Counted from the first letter of the stretch, positions 43,169-56,991 are shown. The stretch: DNA of 64,000 bases from Eledone cirrhosa (GCA_964016885.1 OZ024745.1:127844001-127908000), one strand, 5' to 3'. Numbers and translations are program-made. The notes: generated by a model from the letters alone, not told the origin.

Positions 43169-43215
43169 AATTAAGGACCTGATGAAATTCGAGTCGAAAA
43201 CTAGTGTGTTTAATT
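43169..43215 (+). ncRNA. Degenerate type I hammerhead fold
   Basis: AATTAAGGAC-CTGATGA-aattcgagtc-GAAA-ACTAGT-GTGTTTAATT; stem I mostly pairs and ACTAGT is palindromic. Confidence 0.5.
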
Positions 43216-43994
43216 ATTTTCTTTCAGTTTTATCACAGTCTCAAATTTTGGCCGGAAACCTGACAAGGGGGTAAACCTGACAAGGGGTTAAACCTGAAAA
43301 AGGGGTAGACTAAAATAAATCAAAAGTGTACAGAAATAATTAGAAGTTTATGTATTGCAGTTAAATTGAAGGTGAGAGAAAATTTGTGTGAATTTTTTGT
43401 TAGTTTTTGTATAGTAAATATAATCCTTTCGTAAACATATTATTGGTCTTATAAATTATCGCAGTAAATCCGTACAAGGGGTGCACTTGTTAATTGATAT
43501 GAAACCCTAAGGTTTGCGCATTGATTTAAAAGTTTAAATTTGACGTCTATCAAATGTTAATTTAGCGTTTCACTATTTCGAGGTTTATAGAATAAATTCA
43601 AATTTCTTTCAGGAAATATTTACGTCAGTTATCAGCATCACCGCATGTTTGGTCTCCAGATTAATACTTATGTAACCACTCAGAATATTAATACCAGATT
43701 GCCTGACAAGAGATTGTTGAAACTATCTAATTGTTAATGTGCAATTATACACAAATAGCCGGAGACATGCCTACTAGGTGCTCACTCGATGGGCTTGAAA
43801 TAGTAACGAATCCTCTTATAAATACAATTCACTCGTTTAAACAATAGGATGGTAACATACAAAAGGCCTTTCATCGTAGGCCTGATCAATGATGTCTAAC
43901 CTGGAACTAAACATTAAAAACAGGTAAATATTATTACACAACAGATTGTAACTTTCCAAGATTAACATATTGCCTCTCGTACGAATACCATTCG

Positions 43995-44186
43995 CAATCA
44001 TGAGGTTGTGAGTTCGATCCCTGGGCGGGTGATGCGTTATGTCTTTGAGCAAGACACTTTTTATTTCATGTTGCTCCTTCTTCCTGGACATGCGACCGGT
44101 ACATAGTATTAGCAATTGGAAAGATCAATGGAAACATTGTTTCTTGGGACCGATTTGACGAGGTCTGGGATCTTGTCTATCGACTG
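43995..44186 (+). mobile_element. Second SINE family copy
   Basis: B-box GTTCGATCCC then GTCTTTGAGCAAGACACTTT. Confidence 0.65.
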
Positions 44187-44276
44187 TCCATATAACTGGT
44201 CTACTGGATCGGTCAATCACATCTTGCCCAACCAATAACGAGTATATTCTGTAAATATGTACTACTACTACTGCTG

Positions 44277-44339
<63 letters not shown>

Positions 44340-44865
44340 AGAGAAGCAGCAGTTAGAAATTTGATTGACAGACCAAACGTCTGAATAAAAAGCTAAAATA
44401 TCTTGGCTCTCTCGCAATGATCTAAAGCGTAAATTTGGCGTATACCAAGAGAAAGCTTTATGTACTAAGTCGGTGACTAAAATGTTATATCTTCTTGGTG
44501 AAAGTGTGAAGTACCAGATGTGTGAAATTAATGTAAAAAGTGTCTCCCTCATGGTGATCCAAAGAGTGTACAAAAGAAGATATGACAATTTCTGTATAAA
44601 ACGTCACAGGTCAATGTGCAAAAATATGGATATCTGCACGAAATAAGAAATGTCTTTGATGACATAAATCCAAACGGACCACACACGTGAAGTGAACGAG
44701 AGACAGAGAGTAATAATAAATGTGAAGACTAAAATCCGAAGAGGGTTCGATAAGGATAATATATATATAAAAGTATATACAACCGTAGAGCAAATATTTA
44801 TTAAAATAAAAATATCCTAGACTGCATCTAAAAGAAAACCCTTTAGATGGATGTTCAACTAATCA

Positions 44866-44978
<113 letters not shown>

Positions 44979-45764
44979 GCACACACACACTAACACACTA
45001 AACGCACCAACTCAGAGACATTTTTGCTTCTTCTCACAATTTCTTCTACAGTTAAAACAAGACTGTTTTTATGTCCTTGTTAAATAGTAACCTGCATATC
45101 TCCATCAGTCCACTCTACCAAAGGTACTTGTTTCTCATCTACTTCCAAATAATACTTTACATCGTATGGTTCTTGTCATGACTTCTGCTTTCACGAATTC
45201 GCCTTTAGCTCATTTGTTTCCTTTTTCATTTTTACCTTGCATCAGTCTACAGCAGTTTAATATTATCATGGATCATACCAGTCCGGAACGACCCCTAATG
45301 ATATAGATGTAGCAGTTTTCTCCCAACTAAAAGTGTTCAGCATTCAAATAGAGTTATTATAGATGTAACCTTTTTATCTTTCAGAGATCAAAGTCCTAGT
45401 GAACTACATAGAGTTAATGTGATAGAGATTACCGTCTGTCATAGATGGGAAAATTAAATATCAACGGCCTGCACTTCACCATTTTAGGAGAGCTTACAAA
45501 ATGAATAGTTACTCCCCTTCTTTCTACTCTCCCCCTCCTTCTCTTTCTCCTCATCTCTAGCCGCACCCTCCTCCTTCTAGCCTATACAAATATAGAGAAA
45601 CAACGTAGAAAAATATCAATGTATCGGGTTTTACAGAAGAATAAATTTGATGACAGAGACAAATCCAAACGGACCACAAACGTGAAGCGAGCGACAGAGA
45701 GAGGGGGGGGGGGAGAGAAAAAGAGAGAGAGAGAATGAAAGAACAGATAGATAGATAGATAGAT

Positions 45765-45823
<59 letters not shown>

Positions 45824-46507
45824 GATAAGAGAGATACATGCAGACAGACAGAGAGAGAGACAGAGAGACACATAGAGAGAGAGAGAGACAGAGAGGTACA
45901 GAAAGAGAGAGACAGACAGAGAGAGACAGAGAGAGACAGAGAGAGACAGAGAGAGACAGAGAGACAGAGAGATAGAGAGACAGAGAGAGACAGACAGAGA
46001 GAGAGACAGAGAGGTGCAGAAAGAGAGAGATGGCGTAAATTAAAAAAAAAAGACTACACCATATTTTCTTAAATTTTTGTTTTGAATTCGGCGTCAAGTG
46101 TGATCCAGAACTCTTATATCAATGACGAAGAGAAGATCACATTTGTACAAATGGTGTAAGTTCATGAATCTCCCCACAAACCGGTAAATATATACAAACT
46201 CATGCACATGCCCAGACGTATTTATGAAAGCCTGCTTATACACATGACTCTAGTTTTACATAAAAATATAAATATACATATATGCATGCATGCATGCATG
46301 CATGTATGTATGTATGTATGTATGTATGTATGTATGTATGTATGTATGTATGTATGTATGCATGTATGTATGTATATATGTATGTAAGTATGTATGAATG
46401 AATGTATGTATGTATCTATTATCTATGTATGTTTATATGTAAGTATATATATATGATGTTTGTATGTATGTTTGTATGCTTGTATGTATGTATATTTTAT
46501 GTATATT

Positions 46508-46571
<64 letters not shown>

Positions 46572-46607
46572 TACATATCTGAGTATGGTGTGTATGTATG
46601 TTTATGT

Positions 46608-46668
<61 letters not shown>

Positions 46669-46987
46669 CACGTGTGTTTAATGAAATATACTCGCTTATA
46701 AAAATATACGAATATGGAAACCTGATATGTGAAAATAAAGACGGTTTTACTAAGCTGTGCTAAAGCAGTAGTTACGATACCTACTTCTTGGTAATAATAC
46801 TCGTGAGATTAACGTTTGAACTGAAACTTTGCTGAACATTTTTTTTTTGTGTGTGTGGGATAAAAAAAGTTTTTTATACTATATTTTTCGAATATAACCC
46901 GACTCCAGAATCCCTTAAGTAGTTAAATCATGAAAATGAACTAATATATATCATTATGGAGATACGGGATGAGCGCAGACGCTTTAA

Positions 46988-47575
46988 CTCTTTAGTATTT
47001 ACATTATTCTAAAAGGGCGGTGGATTGGCAGTATCGGTAGAGAGTCGGACGCCATGCTTTCCAGCATAGTTACGTCCCTTTACGATCTGAGTTCAAATCC
47101 CGCCGAGGTTGACTTTGCCTTTCATCCTTACGGGGTCGATAAAATAAAGTACCAGTAATGCATTGGGTGATTGCTGGCCTTGTGCTTAAAGTAGAAACAA
47201 TTATTCTAAATTAGTGGATTGGCAGTATCGATAGAGCGTTAGACGCCATGCTTTGCAGCATAGAGTTATGACACCTTTACGGTCTGAGTTCACATCCCGC
47301 CTAGGTTAACTTTGCCTTTCATCCTTTCATCGATAAAATAAAGTACCAGTAATGTACTGAGTAATTTGCTGGCCTTGTGCCAAAAGTAGAAACAATTATT
47401 CTAAATTTACTATTGTATTTTCACAGTAAAGGCTTTATCTCATATAATATTAAATATATGAGATTTTGATATTATTTATTTAAAGAAAACTACCTTAACC
47501 CAGGTATGAGTTGCCGGTTACGACCGGTTTGAACAGAAAGAGGTGAGAGAATTCTGGCCGGATTCAGCTAAAGGG
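46988..47575. mobile_element. piggyBac-type MITE carrying a nested SINE dimer (47014-47400, +)
   Basis: TTAA-CTCTTTAGTATTTACATT ... GCTAAAGGG-CTAA; body aligns with 33582-33797 once the SINEs are removed. Confidence 0.8.
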
Positions 47576-47809
47576 CTAAGTTTGTCTACGATCCCATTGA
47601 AGCCGAACTGTGAATCACTTTTGTTTTCACAGAAACCTACAAGAGAACTTTGGTGAATTTCTCAAAATAAACCCCTAACTAATCGTACAAATGATTAATT
47701 ACTACAAATACTTAAACATGGAAAAGGGAGTGAAGGGGAAGGGCTTTAGGGCTACAGAAGAATGGGGAGAAGGAGGAGAGTGATCAGGATCTATGGCGCA
47801 GTGGTGTTG

Positions 47810-47905
47810 GGGCTGCGCCCTGTGACAAGACCGTAAGAGTATTTCCGCAGACAATGGCTAGCGACACCCGCTACAACAGCCACCCCACGAGTCAGTTAGA
47901 TGGTG

Positions 47906-47990
<85 letters not shown>

Positions 47991-48157
47991 CAGTAGTAGT
48001 AGTAGTAGTTGTAGTAGTAGTGGTGCTGGTGGTCGTCGTCGTAGTAGTAATAGTAGTAGTAGTAGTAGTAACAGTAGCAGCAGCAGTAGCAACAGCAGCA
48101 GCTGCTGTAGCAGTAGTAGTATTAGTGGTAGTAGCAGCAGTAGTTGTAGCAGAAGCT

Positions 48158-48205
<48 letters not shown>

Positions 48206-48745
48206 TATTATTTTGCCACGACATTAGCAGGACATGTCTCTGCTCCTCCATCTTTTCGACAGCCATTCAACAACTTGATACGAACATTATCTGTTTGACA
48301 CTTTCAAAAGCCCCCTTAAATCCAGGAAAAGTTTCCTAAAGGGTGTCACGCCCCTTGGAACATCAAGCATAAGTAGTGAATGAGTCACTAGCTGGGAAGA
48401 AAAACTTAACAACCTCCCATCTGTAACAACAATGAAGCTACAGGCGAGCGAGGCTCTACCCCCTGGAGCAAATACAAACTATGCAGTGTGGAAATGCCTA
48501 AACAGACTAAGATCTGGTGTTGGACGAACAAAAGTCACTCTTGCCAAATGGGGACATTTAAAGGATGGGGACGTTGTGTGTGACTGTGGCATCGAACCAC
48601 AGACTACACAGCCCCTCCTGATATGACCCCTGCTGGAACACCCCTGCACAATATTGGACTTGGTAGAGTTTAATGAGAAAAGGACAGCAATGTGTTTAGC
48701 TGTGGCAGAACCATATCTAGCCAAGCTTTGTGGGCATGACAAGAA
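47810..48745 (+). mobile_element. Vingi/Ingi-like LINE, internally deleted, interrupted by a microsatellite at 47900-48205
   Basis: C-terminal LKSRKSFL..LPPGA..WKCLNRLRSGVGRTK..KWG..CDCG.EPQT fused to a short N-terminal-like segment; no RT present. Confidence 0.6.
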
Positions 48746-49350
48746 GGGGAGAACTTTCAATTCTTGGTATATTAAGAATAAAATAAGCTCATTAGAATCT
48801 AACTGAGATTAAGAAACACACATCAACACAATTGCAAAAAATCAAAAGTAGGGAAATTCTATAACAACACCAATAACAACAATAATGATAATAAAAACAA
48901 CAATAACAATAACGAGAACAACATTACCAATCATAGTTATTTAGTACAGATGCACAATGCTTCAAATTTAGTTGACATAATCCGTCGTCCAGTTTATTTA
49001 TCATCCCCACTAGCCTTTGCTGGGAGGCAAGTAGAGACCACTTTGTTTCAAGCACTCGGATCAGATGTTGTTTTTTTAGGATAACCTTCTCCTTTCCAAC
49101 AGTTTCTGAGATCCCCCAAAAATGAATCGGCACTACACTTCCCACCCTGGTTAAACAGCTAAAACACACGAGTCAGTTACAAAGACACCTAGACTCAACT
49201 AATATTTTTATTTTATAGACGTTGGTAGGGGATGAAAGGATGAAAATTGACTCAGATCTGGGTTGAAACCAAAACCTAACACAATGACAAACATCTATGC
49301 AATTGGATTGTATTTTTGTGGTATAACCAGGATGGACGAATATTTATTTT

Positions 49351-49514
49351 TACTTTTGGCACAAGGCCAGCAATTATCACAGTACATTACTGGTACTTTA
49401 TTTTATCGACACCGTAAGGATGAGAGGTAAAGTTAACCTCGGCAGGATTTGAACTCAGAACATAAAGGGCAGTAACTCTTTGCTGCAAAGCATGGCGTCC
49501 TACCCTCTACCGAT
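49351..49514 (-). mobile_element. tRNA-derived SINE
   Basis: Core, B box and tail present. Confidence 0.85.
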
Positions 49515-49566
49515 GACCTTTGCAGGACATTTGCAGATTGGTGATATCAATATGTTTAATGCTGTG

Positions 49567-50173
49567 ATATGGTGTTCAATACTATCAGATATGGTGTTCA
49601 ATACTATCAGATATGGTGTTCAATACTATCAGATACGATAGTCAATACTATCAGATATGATGGTCAATACTATCAGATATGATGGTCAATACCATCAGAT
49701 ATGATGGTCAATACCATCAGATATGATGGTCAATACTATCAGATATGATGGTCAATACCATCAGATATGATGGTCAATACCATCAGATATGATGGTCAAT
49801 ACCATCAGATATGATGGTCAATACCATCAGATATGATGGTCAATACTATCAGATATGATGGTCAATACTATCAGATATGATGGTCAATACTATCAGATAT
49901 GATGGTCAATACCATCAGATATGATGGTCAATACCATCAGATATGATAGTCAATACCATCAGATATGATGGTCAATACTATCAGATATGATGGTCAATAC
50001 TATCAGATATGATGGTCAATACTATCAGATATGATGGTCAATACCATCAGATATGATGGTCAATACCATCAGATATGATGGTCAATACTATCAGATATGA
50101 TGGTCAATACCATCAGATATGATGGTCAATACCATCAGATATGATGGTCAATACCATCAGATATGATGGTCAA
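49567..50173. repeat. 22-bp minisatellite GATATGATGGTCAATACYATCA, about 27 units
   Basis: Direct tandem repeats with two alternating variants. Confidence 0.92.
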
Positions 50174-50505
50174 AGCAATGACGATGACAACGACGAAGTC
50201 GACAATGCTGATAACGATGTTGACGACGACGACGATGTTGCTGATGATGATGATAGTGATGATGATGGTGATGATGATGGTGGTGGTGATGGGGATGATG
50301 ATGATGATGATGATGATGATGGTGGTGATGGTGATGATTTATGATGATAATGATGGTGATGGTGATGATGATGATGATGATGACGATGATAATGATGACG
50401 ACGACGCCGATGACGATAACGCCGATGACGACGACGCCGATGACGACGACGCCGATGACGATGATGATAATAATGATGATGATGGTGATAACGACGATGG
50501 TGATA
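50174..50505. repeat. (GAT/GAC)n microsatellite
   Basis: Direct observation. Confidence 0.85.
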
Positions 50506-50958
50506 AGCATTATGAGCTACAAAGAGGACTTTGCTGACGGGTATTGTTATGAGTAAACCATTATAGGTTGTTATGGCAACAAGGAGAACAATCTGCCCTC
50601 TAAATAATTGACTAACTGATTAACAACGGGATCAATCTGACAATTAATTATTTGCCAACGTATGACAATACACAAAAACACTATAACGATAAAAAAAAAG
50701 ATCTATAATATACCTATTACGGAGATGGAGCTTTGAAGGCAATTGCCGTGTATAAAGGCATGGTAATAAGATTGTCACGTATTGGTCATAGTACTGAAGT
50801 GAACAACGATGGCAGATTGACTGGAGATACCACTCTGGACAGATAATAGCTTTATTTCAGTGGCCGGACATGGATATGTGTGTAAACAAAAGATCTTCAT
50901 TTGACTTGGCTGAATTAATGAATTAATCTAGTTAGAATACATGTTTAATCCAATTGTC

Positions 50959-51778
50959 TCGGAGATTTTGGTGGGTGGTGGCGGTGGTGGCGGTGGTGGC
51001 GCTGGTGGCGGTGGTGGCGGTGGTGGCGCTGGTGGCGGTGGTGGCGGTGGTGGCGGTGGTGGCGGTGGTGGCGGTGGTGGCGGTGGTGGCGGTTGTGGCG
51101 GTGGTGGCGGTGGTGGCGGTGGTGGCGGTGGTGGCTATGGTAGTCGACCCCCACCACCACCACCACCGCGGAGATTTTGGTGGGTGGTGGTGCTGGTGGC
51201 GCTGGTGGCGGTGGTGGCGGTGGTGGCGGTGGTGGTGGTGGTGGCTATGGTAGTCGACCCCCACCACCACCACCACCACCGCGGAGATTTTGGTAGGTGG
51301 TGGCGCTGGTGGTGGTGGTGGTGGGTGGCTATGGTAGTCGACCCCCACCACCACCACCACCGCGGAGATTTTGGTGGGTGGTGGCGCTGGTGGCGCTGGT
51401 GGCGGTGGTGGCGGTGGTGGCGGTGGTGGCGGTGGTGGCTATGGTAGTCGACCCCAGCACCACCACCACCACCACCGCGGAGATTTTGGTGGGTGGTGGT
51501 GGTAGTGATAGAAGAAGTAGTCGGACCCCACGCGGAGATTTTGGTAGGTGGTGGCGGTGGTTGTGGTGGAAGAAGCAGTCGACCCCACCACCACCACCGT
51601 GGAGATTTTGGTGGGTGGTGGTGGTGGTGGAAGAGGTAGTCGACCCTACCAAGTCCGCCGAAGAGATTTTGGTGGGTGGTGGTGGGTTGTGGTGGTGGTG
51701 GTGCTAGTCGACTCCACCACCACCACCACCGCGGAGATTTTGGTAGGTGGTGGAGGGTGGTGGTGGTGGGTCGACTAC
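50959..51778. repeat. GC-rich composite array: 9 GAGATTTTGG anchors alternating with TAGTCGACCCC anchors, joined by variable (GGT/GGC)n and (CCA)n linkers
   Basis: Anchors at about 50961, 51170, 51283, 51364, 51479, 51534, 51601, 51663 and 51733. Confidence 0.85.
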
Positions 51779-52990
51779 CTCTTCTACTACTACTACTTAG
51801 TTAACCTCGGTGTGATTTGAGCTCATACCATAAAGGGCCGTAACTCTATGCCACCGTCACCATCATCACCATCATCATTATCTTCTATTTCAGGTATATA
51901 GACGCGTAAAAACAAACTTCCCTACAGTTGATACATACAACTTTCAACATTAAATGATAGATCATCCGTCACTTTCGAGGGTGCACGTTCAGATGTCCGT
52001 CAATTGAACCACCACTCGTTAAATAAACACGTAAATAGATTTTTTTGTTGAGTGAGAGAGACCCCCCAGTCTTCACTAAGACATCTCTCTGTTTTAAAAC
52101 CTGCAACTACATTTGGATCCAATGATGTAGATCAGTTCTTTTTTGGGCAGTAAATGCATTTGATGTTCAGAGAGTGGGATTGGCCCTTACAAAGCTTTTC
52201 CTCACTTAACAAAGCTTCAAGCACAGGCATCGTTTGATATGTGACATTTTTTTGCAATGCATGGTATTGCTGTTCATAGGGAAGTCCCAAGCTGGTCTAA
52301 AACACCCACATCTGTGATGCTGAGCTTAAAGATCAAATGATGGCATTACTTGAAATCGAGTTGCTGCTATCATCATATATCCTTGATATACTACAACACA
52401 CTACATTTACAATCTATTCGACATAATTTCCAACACAAACTGCTATAGGTAATCAGCTAATATTTGCTGACTTATTTTTTCTTGTCGTCTATTCCACTTG
52501 TTTTAAATCTAAAACGGGGAACTAGCTCAGAAGAGAGAGAGGGGGAGAGGAGAATGTGAGAGATGAAAGAGGAGAGAGAGGGGGAGATGAGAGAGTTAGG
52601 AGAAAGAGGAGAAAGAAAGGAAGAGAGGGGAGAGAAGACAGAGGAGAGAGGGCGAAGAGAGAGAGGAGAGAGGGCGAAGAGAGAGAGGAGAGAGGAGAGA
52701 GGGGAGAGAGAGAAGAGTGAGAAAGAGAAGAATGAGAGGAGAGAGGGGAGAGAAGAGAGAGATGAGTGAGAAAGAGAAGAGAGATAAGAGAGAAGAGAGA
52801 GGAGAGAGAGTGGGGAGAAATAGAAGAGATGGGTGATAGGAGATATGAGAGAAAAAGGAAGAGAGAGGAGAGAAGAGAGAGGAGAGAGAGAGTGAGAGAG
52901 AGGAGAGAGAGAATCTAAGAGGAGGCGTACAGTGTACAGAGAGAGATAATGAGGAGTAAAGAGATTGGTATTGAGAAGAAAAAGAGAAAG

Positions 52991-53075
<85 letters not shown>

Positions 53076-53313
53076 GAGAGAAATAACGAAAGAAAACACA
53101 CCTGCTATCAGGTGCCACTATAAAGTGTAAAGAAAATAAAAAAGTGAAAACAAGATGGCTTCCAAATTATGAAATAATGTTTGTCTTTATCAATGTTATT
53201 TTTGGAACGATTGATATTTTACACACGCAGAATCAATTAAACTCCAACAGGAAATAAAGCAATAAACCATTAAATCTGCAGTCTATTACCTGGTGATAAT
53301 ATATATATATAAT

Positions 53314-53395
<82 letters not shown>

Positions 53396-53450
53396 TGTGT
53401 GTGTGTTTGTGTGCGCGTGCGTGCGTGTGTGTGTGTGTGTGTGTGTTTGA

Positions 53451-53640
53451 ATCCCGGGTTTAATCGGGGGTAACCACAGTAAGTAAGGCACTCCAATACA
53501 TAGAGTATATACAAGATTTAATATAAAAATGGCTTCTACAGGACTAGAACTGTTTCATTCGAAGGAAATTATCAGGAAAGCTTTCCTGATGCCTTCCTTC
53601 AAATGAAACAGTCCTAGTCACGTAGAAGCTATTTCTTATA
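53451..53640. mobile_element. Family B fold-back element
   Basis: Axis GAAAG|CTTTC just 5' of the HHR core; the core is mutated in both arms. Confidence 0.8.
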
Positions 53641-53647
53641 TTAAATA

Positions 53648-53678
<31 letters not shown>

Positions 53679-53681
53679 TTC

Positions 53682-53836
53682 TAGGGCGGGTAAAATTCCC
53701 GAGATCCATGGACGAGTTCTCTCCAACGGTCTCTGTCCCTCATTATCGCTGCCATTCCTGCGTCTCCAACAGACCAGTGTCTGTCCTTAGGGCATCAACA
53801 TACGTTAGCCTTGGTCTTCCTCTTCCAGTGTGTCCA
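53682..53836 (-). mobile_element. RTE-like 3' fragment
   Basis: GHTGRGRPRLTYVDALRTDTGL...MRDRDRWRELV. Confidence 0.65.
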
Positions 53837-53843
53837 TATATAA

Positions 53844-54013
53844 GTTATTCCGGGTTCAATCGGGAGTAACCACAGTAAGTAAGGTATTCTATACATAGCA
53901 GCGTATACATGTTTTAATATAGAAAAGCTTCTACAGGACTAGAACTGTTTCATTCGTGAGAAATCTTCTCACGAATGAAACAGTTCTAATCCTGTAGAAG
54001 CTTTTCTATATTT

Positions 54014-54017
<4 letters not shown>
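53844..54017. mobile_element. Family B fold-back element, axis in stem II
   Basis: Near-perfect arms of about 50 bp around GAGAA-atc-TTCTC. Confidence 0.85.
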
Positions 54018-54077
<60 letters not shown>

Positions 54078-55529
54078 GGAGGGGAGTTTTATTGTAGCAC
54101 AATAAAGCAATGCAAATATCGGATAAGTAGCACTCAACAGTTTATAGGACTGGAATAATATAAAATCAAAAGATGGTTAAAAGAGTTCCATGTATTTTAT
54201 TATGCGTATTTCAAAAACAAATAATATCATGTGATGATATTTGCGTTCTCATCAGATAAAATAGGGAGACATGATATGAAGCTTAAAAAACACTTGCGAG
54301 CAGTGAAGTGTTAAATCAACATATGAAAAATAAAATAAGATGGATATATGAGATTGGGAAAAAAAAAGGAAAGGAAGGGGGGAAGGAAGAGGAAGAAAGA
54401 ATATAATAAGAAAAAGAAAATAATAATAAGGAAAAGATGACGGAGGAGGAGTATAAGAAGGAAGGATGAGAGAGGAGGAGAAAATGAGTGAGAGAGGGAG
54501 AGAGATAACCTTTAATACCGAGAAACAGTCTCACAGAGAGGAATCTAAAAAAAACCGTTGTAATTTAAAAATATTTTGAAATTAAAAGTTAATGAGGTTT
54601 ATGGATGGTGATGCTTATGATTAAAGAAAAAGGAATTAAGAATACTATTTATTTAGGGTTTATATATTCAAGGGTTTAATAATATGTGCAAAAAGGAATT
54701 TATTAAAATGTATTATTAAAATAAAAAAATATTAAGGAGATAAGGTGAATGAAGAAATGGTTAAATGAATTATGAACTTAGAGGAATTAGTTAGGGTCCA
54801 AGTTTGTTTCTATGTATTGTAATAGGAAAAAGTAAATAATAGGTTTAATACGAGCGCAGAAGGAGAGAAGAAAGACGAAAATTCAATATATACATATTCC
54901 TTTGATTAATTAATGAATATATGTATATTTAGACTTGAACAGTAGAATGAGAGAATCAACGAAGAAGATATTTTGCGATATTTAGTTTAGTTTCTTTTCG
55001 TTCTGAATTAAATACCCACCGGAATCGACCTATAAATATATCCAATATCGATTACTTATTGGAATCAATTGGATCCACATAACCTTTTAATGTTCAGAAG
55101 AAAAATAATGGCCATCACACAATTTACTTTCTTTATACATATATTTGTTATAGAACCCAAGAAAGAAATCAATATTTTAAGTTAGTTTTGGGTAGCATGT
55201 CAATTGAAAGAAAATGTCGAACTAAATGCCTTCCAGTATTTAGATACTTCTGTCTATACTCTGGCTTCAAATAACAGCATAGGAAAATCCTCTTTCGTTT
55301 ATTTGAGATCGATAAAATAAGTTATATTTTCGTTCATTCATAGCTTTCAATATTAAAGTACAAACAACCAAAGTATGCGTAAGACCTTGTTGTTGGGTGC
55401 GTTTATCAAAATCTAACATAAACACAGCAAACTCTGCAGGGCAATTCTAAATCTCACTACGACGATATTGAAATTCTCCTGAAGTGTTTTTACAGTGGCG
55501 GTTTAAATGTTGTCATTTCATGATGTGCC

Positions 55530-55662
55530 AATCCCGCCGAGGTTAACTTTGCCTTTCATCCTTACGGGGTCGATAAAATAAAGCACCAGTAGCGTACTGG
55601 GTCGATTTAATCGACTTTCCCCTCCCCCTAAATCACTGGCCGTGAGCCTACACTAGAAATCA
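55530..55662 (+). mobile_element. 5'-truncated SINE
   Basis: Core and tail present; flanked by TCATTTCATGATGTG direct repeats (target site duplication). Confidence 0.8.
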
Positions 55663-56167
55663 TTTCATGATGTGGCACATACTTGGTGTACTTGGCTGTT
55701 GTTTATCAACACTGGTGGTTGTTGGCATAGCGCAATCCACATCAGTACCATTCAATTCACTATTGTATCTATAACTCTCTAAAATAGATTTCAATACAAT
55801 ACTTGCAGACAGTCAACTTTACCGCTTTCTATAACGAACATTATTAAGTGTCTAATTATCGTTTAATAATTTTAAATATCTTGTAACTAATGTAATTCAG
55901 ACATGTAATGAATTTCTAATAGGTACACAAATATTTATAAGTGATATTGTAAAAGATGAGTGCGTGATGAATTTATAAAAAAACAGAAGGTTTGTCATCA
56001 ATAGATACGAATAGTGATCATGGGTATAGAAAAATTCTGAATGAAATGTAGGCACATTGCTGGAATTGTATAACATAACTCTGTTAGGTACGAATGGTAA
56101 CGCACAAACATGTGAAACATCTCGAGCCATTGGTCGGCATATTTACAAGGAATTATAATTTACTATA

Positions 56168-56500
56168 AGCGGCGATTTGGCTGAGTGGTTAGAACGTCGG
56201 ATAGAACCCTTTGTAGTATTCGTTTAGGTTCTCTGCTTTCTGAGTTTAAATTCCGCCGAGTTCAACATTGCCTTTCATCCATTCAGGGTCGATAAAAAGG
56301 TACCAGTTTAGTACTGGGTCGATTCTTCCTCTATATCTCTTTCTCACTTTCATACTTGTACTCTATATTATTTTGGAAGAAATCTGCTGTATTCAGATTT
56401 GGAGGGGAGATGGGCTCCGCCAGGTTGAAAAATGCCATAGAAACGCCATATGCCAATGCGATCCTCTACGAGTCCTTCAGGAGTGAAGGGACCATAGGCA
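56168..56500 (+). mobile_element. Long-tail SINE variant
   Basis: tRNA-like head and core plus the tail shared with 32300-32646. Confidence 0.65.
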
Positions 56501-56991
56501 TACACATCTTACAATGCCAATTTAACATATTAATCTGAACTCTCTAGATATATAAACTGTAGAATGTGTTAATAGTTAATAGCGAACACGAAACAAATAA
56601 TTGTGGGTCTCACATGCTGAAGCATGCACTAGAAATGGATCTGAATTAACATATTTTATAGCTTAAATAAAGGAATATGTTCTATTGGAGATGCAATCAA
56701 GATGACGGATGACGTTTAGCAAACAATCGTTTTTCCTGGAATGTTTCCTTTCCGAACAGATCGGATAATGGCTCTCAAAACAAACTACGAATGTCAGGTT
56801 AACATGAACTTTGTTGATATAACAAAAAAATGTTTAACGCCATCTCAAAGCAGATAAATGCTTTTTATAAAATCCGATATCACCACCCTCTGAAAATGCC
56901 TTGTAAAATTAAAATATAGTATATTATAATTAACACATTTGGCAAATGTTTGTGATAATTTATGTTTTGTAAGTGAACAGTAAAATTAAAC

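Noticed and set aside
47794-47860. HDV-like ribozyme at the Vingi-like 5' end
   Set aside because: GGCGCAG/CTGCGCC pairs but leaves only about 11 nt, too little for P2, P3 and L3; I could not build the nested double pseudoknot
49567-50173. Palindromic 22-mer array as a CRISPR
   Set aside because: Units are contiguous with no unique spacers
50941-51707. Gly-rich ORFs and a CRISPR-like repeat-spacer appearance
   Set aside because: The spacers are simple GGT/GGC repeats of variable length, several frames on both strands are open, the context is eukaryotic and there are no cas genes
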